In this document: positions 26,419-37,461 of the stretch, one piece after another
How positions within the stretch are numbered: the stretch's first letter is position 1
How the letters are laid out: each line of letters starts with the position of its first letter
Virus record (IMG/VR): IMGVR_UViG_3300021256_000062
Coordinates: 1-64,000 of that record
Source: a virus
Taxonomy: Duplodnaviria > Caudoviricetes
Length of the DNA stretch: 64,000 nt
Direction: 5' to 3' (one strand)
Position numbers and translations under genes: made by a program
Notes under the pieces: model-generated
Told to the model about the DNA's origin: nothing
Seen by the model: only the letters and a program-made list of their open reading frames with translations
Database searches by the model: none

Positions 26419-28289
26419 TACACTATCCTACTAATTCCATTACTATTTTTCTCAACTAGAATAGTATTATCAATAGGTAGAGACAACTCATCTTGGTGAT
26501 GACTGATAATAAATATACTTTCAACATCACTCAATGTTTGAGTAATAAGATTAAATAATCCTGAACATCCTACAGAATCCAAATTATCTGTAATCTCATC
26601 TAGGAATAAAATATTACTACTAAAGTTTAAATAATTAGACATCATATTTCTAATTGCAAACTGAATGATTACATCAACCTTTTGTTTCTCACCACCCGAT
26701 AGTGATTCAAACTGTTTACCTTGGAATAGGATATCAATATCATTTCCATCTAATTGGATTAATAAATCTTTAGTACTGAATATGTATTCACAATATTCTT
26801 GAGCTTTAGATTGAAGATATGTAATAATGCCTTTCAATAAATAACCTCTAAAGTCTCTTTTTACTAGGGTATTAATCTTATTAACAATACCTAAATGTTC
26901 TTTTAACTCTTCTAGTTTCTTATTATTATACAATAATTCAGTATTAGTAGTATTTATTTTATTTTCAATATCTTTAAGTTGTTTATTTAAATTATCTAGT
27001 TTTGTAGCATCATTTAGTTTATTAGCTTCTAATTTACTCTTATCCATCATTAGTGATGTATTTTTATTATTTAAATTATTAATATCACTATCTAAACTAA
27101 TTAATTGATTTTTAAGTTCATTTAGTAATCTTTTATTCTCATTATTTACATCATCATATTCTTTAGTTATTTTATCAACTTCAGTTCTAACATTGTTTTG
27201 TAAATCAGTCTTAAGTTTAGTTAATTTATTTACTTCTTCACTTAATATCTCAATATCTTTAGTAATTTGAGTAGTATCAGGTTTAACAACACCAATTAAC
27301 TTTTGACCACAAGTAGGACATACATCTGATATACTTTCCATTTGTTGTTTTTGTTGTTTAGCAGTTCTTAGTAACACTGATTTTTCAGTAAGTTTAGTAG
27401 ATGTATCATCTAATTCTTTTTGATGTTTAGTTTTGCATTCATTTATTAAACTATATTTCTCAGCTTCATTCTCATTGACAATATCCCCACAACGTTGAAC
27501 CTTATCTTGAGTTTCTATTAAATTACTCTTTAATATATTTATTTCATTAGTATTATTTATAATTAAATTATCAATTTTACTAATTTCTTCATCATAATTA
27601 ACTACCTTATGATTTTCAATTTCAGATTTAATAGACGCTAATGAATCATTATATACTTTGTTTTGACTGTTTAATGCAATATTTTTATCATCATAACCTT
27701 TTTGTTCATTTTCAATTTTTTCAATTCTCTTACTGATTCTATCTTTTACATCTTGAATCATAAAATCAGAACCTGTTAATTGTTCTAATAATTCTTTTCT
27801 ACCAGAAGGAGAATTCTTTGTAAATGAATTAGGTAATCCCTGACCTAATAATATTACTGATGAAATTAATTGTGGTGTCAATTCAGGAAGTTCTTGTACA
27901 AGAACATTCTCACTTAATTTAATTCCTTTTCCACTTATATCTTCACCATTTTTATATATCTTTAAATCAGTTTTAAATTTCTCATGATTCTTGTATCTTG
28001 TTACAATAAAATCATCTGCACCTGCACTGAATTCTAATGATACATAACATCCACCATTAGTATGTATATTCTCAATATTTGATTTAATTCCTTGAATTGT
28101 TTGTCCGGTTAAGCAATATGATATACCACTTACTATAGTTGATTTACCACTACCATTTGATAATGCTCTATCACTTGGATTATTGTTTTTACCATAAATC
28201 AGACAAAATCCCCTATCAGTTAAATCAATAGTTGCATCCCCAAATGAGAGAAAATTATGCAGTGTCAATGTTTTAAATTTATAAATCAA
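26418..28289 (-). CDS. sbcC: SbcC/Rad50/gp46-like ATPase
   Basis: NFLSF, NGSGKST, Zn-hook CPTC, LSGGE, LFLDE, SH. Confidence 0.9.
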   Translation of the reverse strand: MIYKFKTLTLHNFLSFGDATIDLTDRGFCLIYGKNNNPSDRALSNGSGKSTIVSGISYCLTGQTIQGIKSNIENIHTNGGCYVSLEFSAGADDFIVTRYKNHEKFKTDLKIYKNGEDISGKGIKLSENVLVQELPELTPQLISSVILLGQGLPNSFTKNSPSGRKELLEQLTGSDFMIQDVKDRISKRIEKIENEQKGYDDKNIALNSQNKVYNDSLASIKSEIENHKVVNYDEEISKIDNLIINNTNEINILKSNLIETQDKVQRCGDIVNENEAEKYSLINECKTKHQKELDDTSTKLTEKSVLLRTAKQQKQQMESISDVCPTCGQKLIGVVKPDTTQITKDIEILSEEVNKLTKLKTDLQNNVRTEVDKITKEYDDVNNENKRLLNELKNQLISLDSDINNLNNKNTSLMMDKSKLEANKLNDATKLDNLNKQLKDIENKINTTNTELLYNNKKLEELKEHLGIVNKINTLVKRDFRGYLLKGIITYLQSKAQEYCEYIFSTKDLLIQLDGNDIDILFQGKQFESLSGGEKQKVDVIIQFAIRNMMSNYLNFSSNILFLDEITDNLDSVGCSGLFNLITQTLSDVESIFIISHHQDELSLPIDNTILVEKNSNGISRIV

Positions 28290-28301
28290 TTAAACCACCA
28301 C

Positions 28302-29141
28302 CTAAATTAATCCCCATTCAGCTAATTTTTCAAATCCACCTAAACCACTAATATAAGCCTTTGCTCTTTGAACGATATCACTATATTCTAATCTGAAATG
28401 ATTTCCATTACCAAGTGTAAACTTTACTGATTCATTACCAATAGCACAATATGAATATACTTCGGTTTGATTTTGTTGTGCTAGCAAGTGGCATACAATA
28501 TTGATTGAGACATCTGCTTTAGATAAATCTTTACCATTGATTCCACCACCAGTTACAGCTCTACCCATATCTGAGCCAAGTTTTCTATTAGTTGCACCAG
28601 TGTCTACATTGATACCACCAGTCCACTCTCCTAATGGGTTAATTATTACTTTATTAATATCACTGTATCTTGCGTTAAGATAATTCATTAAATCAATTGA
28701 ATTGACATTACTTTGACATACAATTAATTTGTTATCTTCTTCATCATAAATGAACTTGCTATCACTTGGATACTTTGTGTATAAGTCTCTAACAATACTA
28801 GATAAATATTTTTCTTCTTGACTTAATGGAACTCCTTTAAAAATACCATTATCTCCACATCTCAATTCTTTTTCTTGATTTGCAGCTAAGAATGGGTCTT
28901 GTGGTACTTCAACATAATCAACATCTAACTCTTCTTTACTAATTCTCTTAACTAATTTATTAATATCAGTAGTTGATAATTTAACTGATGATTCATTAAT
29001 AATGTGACATTTACCATGTCCAATTAAAACCTCAACTGCTACTTTTGGATTATCTTCTTTTGCATATGCTAAATCCACAATTGCACCTGCAATTCTATCT
29101 GCCACCTTATCTGGATGTGATGGGGAAACCTTTTCAAACAT
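28302..29141 (-). CDS. metK: S-adenosylmethionine synthetase, short phage type
   Basis: EKVSPSHPDKVAD, GDNG, DTGATNRK, GGGINGKDLSKAD. Confidence 0.88.
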   Translation of the reverse strand: MFEKVSPSHPDKVADRIAGAIVDLAYAKEDNPKVAVEVLIGHGKCHIINESSVKLSTTDINKLVKRISKEELDVDYVEVPQDPFLAANQEKELRCGDNGIFKGVPLSQEEKYLSSIVRDLYTKYPSDSKFIYDEEDNKLIVCQSNVNSIDLMNYLNARYSDINKVIINPLGEWTGGINVDTGATNRKLGSDMGRAVTGGGINGKDLSKADVSINIVCHLLAQQNQTEVYSYCAIGNESVKFTLGNGNHFRLEYSDIVQRAKAYISGLGGFEKLAEWGLI

Positions 29142-30190
29142 TATATCAATCCTTTCTCTTTTATAATTTCATTTAATTCATATCTTAATATTTCAAAATC
29201 ACCTAATGTCTCAACACAGAATGTCACTAATTCATCTAGATGATTTACTTTATTTAAAGACTCTGATATATTTTTCATAGTAGTTGTGTCACCATCAGGA
29301 ACTACTATTAATTGATATGTAATTAAATTAAATGCATCTTTTAATTTAGTTTTTAAATCAGTCACTAATGATTCTTTTACATAGAATTTAGCAATTGACC
29401 TAATTGGTAACCTATCTACTATATTTATATCTTCTACTTTATCTATAAACACCTTATAGAAATTAACAGCTTTTTCATTCTCATAGAACTCATACTCTAA
29501 AGTATCAGTATCTAGAATATATGCACCATGTTTATATTTAAATCCATCTTCAGTAAAATTTTGTCCTGTTAAATTTCCTATATTAATAATCTTATTAGTT
29601 ACTTTTGCACCATTATGTAAATGACCATTAAAATATAGGTCACAACAAGATTCAATTTCATCTATACCAAATCCCATCTCAGACACATACTTACCATATC
29701 TAATTCCCTTAATATCATTATGTGAGATAATTATGGTTTTAGAGTACTGATTTGGTGATAATTGTGAGATTATGTCTCTTAAAGGCACTTTATTGTCCTC
29801 ATCAATATATGGAACAAATATCAAATTAGTATTTCCAATGTACTCTATTTTTGGACTATCTATAATCTCACCAATACCATATATAGTATTTAATGAGTGC
29901 ATATTTTGATTTTCTTTCATCAATTCGTGATTTCCTAATAGGAATTGTTTTGGTATATCAGTCCAATTAATTTGTTTAAGTGCTGTAATTTCTTCTGCAT
30001 TTAAAGTATCTTTATGAAAGAAATCTCCTGCACATATAATTCTATCACAATTTTTGCTTTTTGCAAGTTGACCTACCCAATTCATACTATCTAATAGATT
30101 CTCTAATCTTCTTGAGAATTTAACACCTTGTTGAGTAAAAATAGATGATGTCATACTCCAGTGTGGGTCACTATAAATACATATTTTCAA
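29141..30190 (-). CDS. sbcD: SbcD/Mre11/gp47-like nuclease
   Basis: SDPHW, GDFF, GNHE, GHLH. Confidence 0.85.
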   Translation of the reverse strand: MKICIYSDPHWSMTSSIFTQQGVKFSRRLENLLDSMNWVGQLAKSKNCDRIICAGDFFHKDTLNAEEITALKQINWTDIPKQFLLGNHELMKENQNMHSLNTIYGIGEIIDSPKIEYIGNTNLIFVPYIDEDNKVPLRDIISQLSPNQYSKTIIISHNDIKGIRYGKYVSEMGFGIDEIESCCDLYFNGHLHNGAKVTNKIINIGNLTGQNFTEDGFKYKHGAYILDTDTLEYEFYENEKAVNFYKVFIDKVEDINIVDRLPIRSIAKFYVKESLVTDLKTKLKDAFNLITYQLIVVPDGDTTTMKNISESLNKVNHLDELVTFCVETLGDFEILRYELNEIIKEKGLI

Positions 30191-30198
30191 TCTATCAC

Positions 30199-30429
30199 CT
30201 ACTTACTTACATTTAAGAAATCAGTATATGCTTGTTGATACTCATCCAATAGAGATTTACTATTGGATAAGTTATCATTTAATTCCTGAGTGACAAATGT
30301 GGCATCTACACCATCGTCTTTAGCTTGTTTAAGTCTTTCAAGTATTCTTTGTCGTTCTTCAAGTAGTGCATTACTACGTTCTTGAAGACATTTTAATTTA
30401 TATTCTAGTTGTTCTTTATTATTTATCAT
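30199..30429 (-). CDS. small coiled-coil protein
   Basis: 76 aa heptad-rich. Confidence 0.7.
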   Translation of the reverse strand: MINNKEQLEYKLKCLQERSNALLEERQRILERLKQAKDDGVDATFVTQELNDNLSNSKSLLDEYQQAYTDFLNVSK

Positions 30430-32891
30430 TTTTTAACCTCACATAAACTATCTGCAAGTTCTTCTAGTTTTTTATTTACATCTATATCTGGGAAAAATGG
30501 TGACAATAATGCTACGATACAACTTGTAATAATTGAATCACCACTTAAATGGTAACATAATGATTTACTATTAACATCAATTAATCTTTGGTTATCTTTA
30601 TCAACCACACCCATTAATCTGAAACATTCACGTTCTGTTAATTTTCTAATACGTAAATTAGATTTGTGTGAAACCACAGTTTTAGTATAGGTATCACTAT
30701 TTAAATGAGAACCAACAACTAATGTTCTTGAACACTCATCTTCATTATTAACTAAATCTTGTTGATGTTTTGCATTTTGATTTATTTCTCTTTGCAAGTC
30801 TTTACTATTAAGTAATACTTTACTTTCAATATAGGTATTTAATGTTGGAGCATACTTTTCATCCTTATAAGCTCTACAATCAATTTCATATGTACCATCC
30901 CAATCTACATATGGACCTTTATCTCTAACTGCAAGTGCCAATGCATCTTTTGTTCTCAATGTGGCACAACAATCTTTATTTTCTTTATTTTGAGTTCTAA
31001 AGTTATCTAATCTATCTCCAGAATAAGTATAATCAAATACATCTCCCTCTTCCACTAGATTCTCATCTAATACTTTTTCAACAAGTTTTTCACTCATTTT
31101 TTTATTTTCTTCTGGAATAATTACATAATTATCCTTTTGAACAGTTGTTAAAGTATTTGATGTACCTTCAGGACCAAGTTCAATTCTTTGTTCTAATTCT
31201 GCACCCTTTTCTCTAGAATTAGGATTCTCAGGATTTCTACCACGACTTGCACAAATTCTAGGTTCAGTAATTGTTGGATGTTCATCGTTTACACATACAC
31301 CAACACAATCTCCACGAGTGGTTAATGTAATCATTACTCCATCACTCTTTTCAACACATTTCTTATTACCGTCTAAGATTTGTTGAGTATATGAATGTTT
31401 AACTACATCTCCTTCTTCTACTAAACCATCTCTAACTAATTTATTGCATAATTCAGTTTTTAACATTTCATCTTTATCATCTTCAACAGTTATTGCTGTT
31501 ACTTGTCCATGATTTTCAGTAACTGTTGGTGCAACACCATTCTTACCAACAATAGGAGTTTGATTAAAATTAGATTTAGAGTAATTACCTATATAATCAA
31601 TTTCATTAGTTTCTTCTTGTTCCTTACCAACTGGAACAGCATATCCACGTTTTAAATCAATTTTATTTTCTTCAGGTTCTTTTACAAATACATATTTATC
31701 ATCACTAGCTGGGTCTTTACAACTCAATGTTGGATTAATTCCTGTTTTGTTTATTGTTTTATTGTATGCATCAACTAGGTCATATTCTTCACATTCTTTA
31801 ATGTCATTCTTTTGGAATGTTTCAGTTAAATGTTTTGTTAGACCTTGAATATCATAATCATCAGGTAACTCATCACTCATATAATTTGATGCATCACATC
31901 TTTTACTACCCTCTCCAGTGTTTAGAGTGGATGCTACACTTTTATTTACATATGCACCATTATTATTACCTGTCCATTTTTCATTTGTATTTGAAATATA
32001 ATCAATCATATTTTTAGATAGGAAATAACTTTCATCTACATCCTTTTCTAATAAGTCTTTCAACTTATGTCTTAATGGAATTGGTTTAGGGAATTTATAT
32101 GTATAATCTCCTAAAATTGAAATCATAAATACTCTTTCTCTATTTTGAGGAACTCCAAAATCTTTACCATTTAAAATCTTATAGAAATTAGAATATCCTA
32201 ATTTTGTTAATTCATAACACCAAGCTTCAAATGATTTAAAGAATTTTTCAGAAATTAAAGGTGGAACATTCTCCATTAGTAAAATCTGTGGAAGATGTTC
32301 TTTACCTAATTCATTACATTCTTTAAGGATTCTTTCAACTTGTGATAATAATCCACTTCTAGTACCCTCTCCTAATCCTGCCTGTTTACCGGCCAATGAA
32401 AGGTCTTGACATGGGAAGCTATAAGTGAAAATATAATCATATTTATCAGTATCATTTATTTCTAATCCTTTACCTGTTACCCTTGAAATATCTACAAGAT
32501 TATTTGCCCATTGAATGGAATTGTAAATTAATTGTAATTTCTCTAATTGCATTCTCTTTAATTGTTCTAATTTAGCAGGCTCATTGTAATTTGCAGATAC
32601 TCCTAGTTCAAATAACTTTTGAGCAAGTTCATCCCTGGTCATTTCTCCACAATAATCCTTACCATAATTAGGTAACTCATCCTTATGTAATTCTGCATAT
32701 GATATGATTGATGGAATAGCCCATTCACAAATCCTATGATGTGTTACTCTTTTTTTAAACTCTTCATCTCCTAAAAGATAGCGAAGTCCAAGGGCCTGAC
32801 TGCCGTAACCCGCAAAACATTCGATAAGTTTTATGTCGCCATCAATATGATACTCATCATAAATCATATCAAATAAATTTAAATTTTTCAA
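30426..32891 (-). CDS. DNA (cytosine-5) methyltransferase with greatly expanded variable region
   Basis: motif I FAGYG, IV FPCQD, VI ENV, VIII QNRER, IX RKLTERE..RLMG, X GDSI. Confidence 0.9.
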   Translation of the reverse strand: MKNLNLFDMIYDEYHIDGDIKLIECFAGYGSQALGLRYLLGDEEFKKRVTHHRICEWAIPSIISYAELHKDELPNYGKDYCGEMTRDELAQKLFELGVSANYNEPAKLEQLKRMQLEKLQLIYNSIQWANNLVDISRVTGKGLEINDTDKYDYIFTYSFPCQDLSLAGKQAGLGEGTRSGLLSQVERILKECNELGKEHLPQILLMENVPPLISEKFFKSFEAWCYELTKLGYSNFYKILNGKDFGVPQNRERVFMISILGDYTYKFPKPIPLRHKLKDLLEKDVDESYFLSKNMIDYISNTNEKWTGNNNGAYVNKSVASTLNTGEGSKRCDASNYMSDELPDDYDIQGLTKHLTETFQKNDIKECEEYDLVDAYNKTINKTGINPTLSCKDPASDDKYVFVKEPEENKIDLKRGYAVPVGKEQEETNEIDYIGNYSKSNFNQTPIVGKNGVAPTVTENHGQVTAITVEDDKDEMLKTELCNKLVRDGLVEEGDVVKHSYTQQILDGNKKCVEKSDGVMITLTTRGDCVGVCVNDEHPTITEPRICASRGRNPENPNSREKGAELEQRIELGPEGTSNTLTTVQKDNYVIIPEENKKMSEKLVEKVLDENLVEEGDVFDYTYSGDRLDNFRTQNKENKDCCATLRTKDALALAVRDKGPYVDWDGTYEIDCRAYKDEKYAPTLNTYIESKVLLNSKDLQREINQNAKHQQDLVNNEDECSRTLVVGSHLNSDTYTKTVVSHKSNLRIRKLTERECFRLMGVVDKDNQRLIDVNSKSLCYHLSGDSIITSCIVALLSPFFPDIDVNKKLEELADSLCEVKK

Positions 32892-32903
32892 AATATCAAC
32901 TCC

Positions 32904-33812
32904 TTAATCTTGTAATTCAGCTCCTACAGAACTTGGAGCGTCATCATCTTCTAGTGTAACTTGTAATGGTGTTGCACCATTTAAATTACAACAGTCATCT
33001 TTGTTAGGATTGAAATTATCTCTCCAATAAAGGTAATGTTCTAGTACATCTTCACATACTGATACATTTGGAATCTTAATCTTACTTAAAATTTCTTTCT
33101 TAACATCTAATGGTAAATGATTATATCCACCCTCTTTTAAAGTATGTTTAGAATAATCAATATCAAACCATTTCTTAATCCAAGTATTAACTCTTAAGAA
33201 TTCTACAATTGCTTTATTGATTCCCAAAGAGTTTAATTTATCAAAATCCATAAATTCTGGAATTAATGGACTTAATCTAATTGCAACATCAAATCCATTA
33301 TCTTGTAATTTTTTAATAGCTTCAATTCTCTTACTTGGTAATGATGCTTTCTCATAATCTAATTTAAGATATAACTCATCATCTAGTGTTGTTGTAGTAA
33401 TTTGAATATGTGCTAAATCTTTTCTCATAATTTGTAAATATTCATCATTTGCAACTATATGTGATTTAGTAACAATTAAATAATGAATATCATATTTATT
33501 TAATATTTTAATTGTTTCATATGTTACTCGGTGTTCAAGTTCACAAGGTTGGAAACAATCAGTCATACCACCAAGTCTTAATGTTGTTCCTTTAGGTAGT
33601 TTTTTGACCTTATTTTCAATTTTCTTTAGACTAGCAACACTTGGTTCATCTGGGTTCCAAAGTCCTCTAAAATCAAGTAAAGAACGTGCATAACAGTAAC
33701 TGCAGTTATGATAACATCCACATCCATAAGTATCTAGTCTAGTTGGGTAGTGACATTTATTTCCTTCCCCACCACCTACAGTTTTGAAAAAACTTTTAAA
33801 TTCCTTTGCCAT
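32904..33812 (-). CDS. radical SAM enzyme, spore-photoproduct-lyase-like family
   Basis: DTYGCGCYHNCSYCYA (CxxxCxxC), GGMTDCFQP.E, TKS, RLSPLIP. Confidence 0.85.
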   Translation of the reverse strand: MAKEFKSFFKTVGGGEGNKCHYPTRLDTYGCGCYHNCSYCYARSLLDFRGLWNPDEPSVASLKKIENKVKKLPKGTTLRLGGMTDCFQPCELEHRVTYETIKILNKYDIHYLIVTKSHIVANDEYLQIMRKDLAHIQITTTTLDDELYLKLDYEKASLPSKRIEAIKKLQDNGFDVAIRLSPLIPEFMDFDKLNSLGINKAIVEFLRVNTWIKKWFDIDYSKHTLKEGGYNHLPLDVKKEILSKIKIPNVSVCEDVLEHYLYWRDNFNPNKDDCCNLNGATPLQVTLEDDDAPSSVGAELQD

Positions 33813-33822
33813 TTAATTCTCC

Positions 33823-34728
33823 TTATTTTAAAATATTACATATTACATAATCTATAATTTTATCACTGTCTAATAATCCAGCTTTTAATCTATAATCAAT
33901 TGTATTTAACAATTCATATATCTCAATCAGTTTTTCATTACTATATTTACCACAATTATATTTAATTGCCTTAAACTGATTTGCAGTTAATCCTAATTTC
34001 TCAGGAGTTGGATTGACACTCATTTGAATGTCTATTATATTCTTAAATTGTCTTAATAATAATGTGATTAGTCCTACAGGTTCTACATCAATTAAATCAA
34101 TAACTTTAAGAATTTGATTGACTGCATCATATTTCTTTTTAGTTATTGCATTTATTAAATCAAACACTGTAAAATTGCATAAATCCATATAACCATTTTC
34201 TTTATTGATTAATAGGAATATTCTCATTCTATCCTTTTCATCAAATACTGCAATTTTATCTATTTCATTTTCCAATCTCAATATGTTATATTTAGTAATC
34301 TCACATAACCACTTTATTGCTTTAGGGTCCATCCCTTTTAATCTTTCTTCTGCATACATAGTTATCTGCCAATCAGTTAATTTTGGAAATAAATAAATAT
34401 AATCAGTAAGATTATTTTCTATATCTTTTTTAATTTTCTTACATTTAATAATGCAATTCTCTAATCCATCCATATTGACAATATTATTTTCAAGCTCATC
34501 AACATCTACTACATTTAGATATGTTGTAGTGTCAAAAAATATATCATCCTTTAATGATAGTAACTTTTCAACACTATCAACATAATTCAATTCTAGATTA
34601 CAATTCTCACAAATTGCATTGATATATGTATTAACTAAAAAAGAGTTATCTTCATACTTAAATATCTTAAAACCATTGTCTAATTCTTTGTTTAAGATAT
34701 TCTCTTTTAATAACTCTAATGATTTCAT
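33823..34728 (-). CDS. holA: clamp loader delta subunit-like
   Basis: RLENEIDKI, VFDLINAI, L.TIDYRLKAG; context with dnaX/holB. Confidence 0.75.
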   Translation of the reverse strand: MKSLELLKENILNKELDNGFKIFKYEDNSFLVNTYINAICENCNLELNYVDSVEKLLSLKDDIFFDTTTYLNVVDVDELENNIVNMDGLENCIIKCKKIKKDIENNLTDYIYLFPKLTDWQITMYAEERLKGMDPKAIKWLCEITKYNILRLENEIDKIAVFDEKDRMRIFLLINKENGYMDLCNFTVFDLINAITKKKYDAVNQILKVIDLIDVEPVGLITLLLRQFKNIIDIQMSVNPTPEKLGLTANQFKAIKYNCGKYSNEKLIEIYELLNTIDYRLKAGLLDSDKIIDYVICNILK

Positions 34729-35411
34729 TCATCCCACCCTATCTCTTTTTGGACATAATATAAATCTAATAATGATTTAAAACATTTAAAATATTTAGAT
34801 GCTTTGTCCATTGCAATTTCTTCTACTTGTAATTTTGATTCTGGCGATTTACCAGTATTTATAATTAATATTCGGTCAACCTTTAAATTATTTTCTCTGA
34901 CCAATTGTTCATAACTACTTACTTGAACTTTTTGTTCAGTATTAATTTGTTTACTTGTTTTGATATCTATTATAGTCCACTTTCCATCTACTTTACAATA
35001 TAAATCAAGGAATCCACCATATCTATATGTTTCACTTACTAATCTCTTTTCAATTTCAACATCTTCAATAGTATGTTGATTTTCCCATTCTAGATATCTA
35101 TAGAATGCATCTTCAGCTGTTTTCAAGTCATAATCATCATACTTTGAAATATCTACTTCAGTGTGTAATAAATGAGATTGAATGATTGTATGAATTAAAT
35201 CTCCAACACTTGCACTATGTGTGACATATTCAGTAACATCTACTCCCTTTTTACCTAAATTGTTTGCCCATTTAACTAGAAATGGTTTATCTAATAATTT
35301 TAATATTGTTGTAGCACCTGGAACTTTAGTACCATCTTTAAGTTTTAAGACTCTACTATCATCTTTCTTTTCTTTTTCTTCCATTAACTTATTCCTTTTG
35401 ATAATTTCCAA
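34725..35411 (-). CDS. PD-(D/E)XK exonuclease
   Basis: PGATTIL, G..IH, E, YGGFLD, DIKTS, QVSSY. Confidence 0.8.
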   Translation of the reverse strand: MEIIKRNKLMEEKEKKDDSRVLKLKDGTKVPGATTILKLLDKPFLVKWANNLGKKGVDVTEYVTHSASVGDLIHTIIQSHLLHTEVDISKYDDYDLKTAEDAFYRYLEWENQHTIEDVEIEKRLVSETYRYGGFLDLYCKVDGKWTIIDIKTSKQINTEQKVQVSSYEQLVRENNLKVDRILIINTGKSPESKLQVEEIAMDKASKYFKCFKSLLDLYYVQKEIGWDE

Positions 35412-36181
35412 AGTTCTATTAAATAATTAGTTAATAAATCTTCTCTTTTAAATCTACTATCATTTAATCTAATTGCATATTTTTGAGTTAACATATAATA
35501 ACTGAAATAATTACTATTTGATATACATGAACATTTTAATTTATATAACATTAGTTTAAAGAATGTATTAACATTGAATTTTCCATATTGGTCTTTATAG
35601 TTAAATTGTGATGTTATTGATAACATATTTGAGAAATTAGCATCTTGTAATTTCAAAATTATAGTATCACATAATCTATCTAGTGATTGTAAATCTTCAT
35701 TTACAATATCATTCATTTGACCAGGTGTAGTACATATATTTAATAATATAGGTTTATTCTCATCAGATGCTAGTGTATATGCAATATCATCCATTAAGAA
35801 TTCTTTACTATATCTTTCAAACTGATATATTATACATCTATTTAATATTGTATTTAACACCAAATTTTTATTATTTACCAATACACATACAAATGTATAG
35901 GCATCATAATCTTCTAGGAATTTTAATAATATATTTTGGTCTTTAACTTCTTCTATATCTATAGTATATAATGTAGGTACTCTACTTACTTGTATTTCTG
36001 CAATTAAATCATTTGATATTGTTTCAGTTATATCTTGATACTCAAGCTCTTTCATTTCAGCAATATCTTTTGAAAATAGATGTTTACCACATCCATCATC
36101 TCCTAACAATATAAATGCATGTGGTAGAACTTTCATATTCATAAATGTATTAACTAATTTTTCTTGACCTCTTAATTGCAA
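35384..36181 (-). CDS. holB: clamp loader delta-prime subunit-like
   Basis: GQE, PHAFILLGDDGCGKH, NILLKFLE, TILNRC. Confidence 0.7.
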   Translation of the reverse strand: MQLRGQEKLVNTFMNMKVLPHAFILLGDDGCGKHLFSKDIAEMKELEYQDITETISNDLIAEIQVSRVPTLYTIDIEEVKDQNILLKFLEDYDAYTFVCVLVNNKNLVLNTILNRCIIYQFERYSKEFLMDDIAYTLASDENKPILLNICTTPGQMNDIVNEDLQSLDRLCDTIILKLQDANFSNMLSITSQFNYKDQYGKFNVNTFFKLMLYKLKCSCISNSNYFSYYMLTQKYAIRLNDSRFKREDLLTNYLIELWKLSKGIS

Positions 36182-36186
36182 TTAAA

Positions 36187-36429
36187 TCAACTCCTATTGA
36201 ATAATAATATTATACCGGCAATTAAAAATATAATCAAGTATAATCCTAAAGTCAATGCAATTGGGAACCATAATGGGAACCATACCCAAAACCAAGTAAA
36301 TGATTCAGGAAATACATTTGTGACTTTTAAAATTAAGAATACTAACCAAGTAATAAATCCCATAGATTCTAAGCTAATACTTGCAACTACTGTTTTTGGA
36401 CTATTATCATATTCATTAATAGTATACAT
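36187..36429 (-). CDS. small Trp-rich membrane protein
   Basis: FLILK...TWFWVWFPLW, two TM helices. Confidence 0.75.
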   Translation of the reverse strand: MYTINEYDNSPKTVVASISLESMGFITWLVFLILKVTNVFPESFTWFWVWFPLWFPIALTLGLYLIIFLIAGIILLFNRS

Positions 36430-36430
36430 T

Positions 36431-37444
36431 TTAAACTCCTCTACACATTTTAATCATCATAACTTCAATAGTGGAGAATAGATTTGTATCATACTTGATT
36501 GCATTTTTGATTTCTAATATTCTATCTACAAATCTAGAGTAGTAAGTTTTACTATCTCCTTCTCCAACTGTATATATTAAATCTTCTTTGAATATTCCAG
36601 GGATTTTAATTGAATCTAAATCCCTAAATATACTATACTTAAATAAATCCAATGCAAAATCTAGGAAATGTTCAATGAATAATTTCAAATCATACCCCTT
36701 ATTATACAAGTCTTCTATTGTGGTAATTACTAAATTATCATTTCCATCTATTATTGCATTTGTTAAATCAAACATTATTTTATAGGAGAAATCTCCTAAT
36801 ACATCTAGTGTTGTTTCTATTTTAAAATCAGTTGAGTATGCAGCAACTTTATCTAATAAAGCAATTGCATCTCTCATTCCACCATTTGCTAACTTTGCAA
36901 TGTAATCAATTGATTCTTCATAATTAGTAAATTTTTCTTCTCTACAAATCATAAGTAATCTTTCTTTAATCTTATCAGTTGGAATTCTAGTAAGATTGAA
37001 TCTCATTACTCTATTTAATATTGTATTTGGTATCTTTTGTGGGTCAGTTGTACAAAAGATAAATATAGTATATTTTGGTGGTTCTTCTAGACATTTAAGA
37101 AATGCTTGCCAAGCTGCATTTGTAAGAACGTGACATTCATCTATAATTATTACTTTATATGTACTAATGTCTCTTTCACTTGCGTGGTCAACTATATTTC
37201 TTATTTTATCTACACCATTATTAGATGCAGCGTCTATTTCAATTGGATGTCCTTCTCCATTATTTATCATATTTGCCATTATTCTAGCGATAGTTGTTTT
37301 ACCACATCCTGAAGAACCTGTAAATAAATAAACATTCTTAAAAGTCTTTTCAACTATTTGTTTATTTAAACTTTCTACAATGTGTTCTTGAGAAACAACA
37401 TCACTAAATTCTTTTGGTCTATATTTAGTTGCTAATGTTTCCAT
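36431..37444 (-). CDS. dnaX: clamp loader gamma/tau subunit (gamma length)
   Basis: LATKYRPK.FSDVVSQ, GSSGCGKT, EIDAAS, IDECH, GGMRDA. Confidence 0.92.
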   Translation of the reverse strand: METLATKYRPKEFSDVVSQEHIVESLNKQIVEKTFKNVYLFTGSSGCGKTTIARIMANMINNGEGHPIEIDAASNNGVDKIRNIVDHASERDISTYKVIIIDECHVLTNAAWQAFLKCLEEPPKYTIFIFCTTDPQKIPNTILNRVMRFNLTRIPTDKIKERLLMICREEKFTNYEESIDYIAKLANGGMRDAIALLDKVAAYSTDFKIETTLDVLGDFSYKIMFDLTNAIIDGNDNLVITTIEDLYNKGYDLKLFIEHFLDFALDLFKYSIFRDLDSIKIPGIFKEDLIYTVGEGDSKTYYSRFVDRILEIKNAIKYDTNLFSTIEVMMIKMCRGV

Positions 37445-37461
37445 TTAATTTATCACCAACT

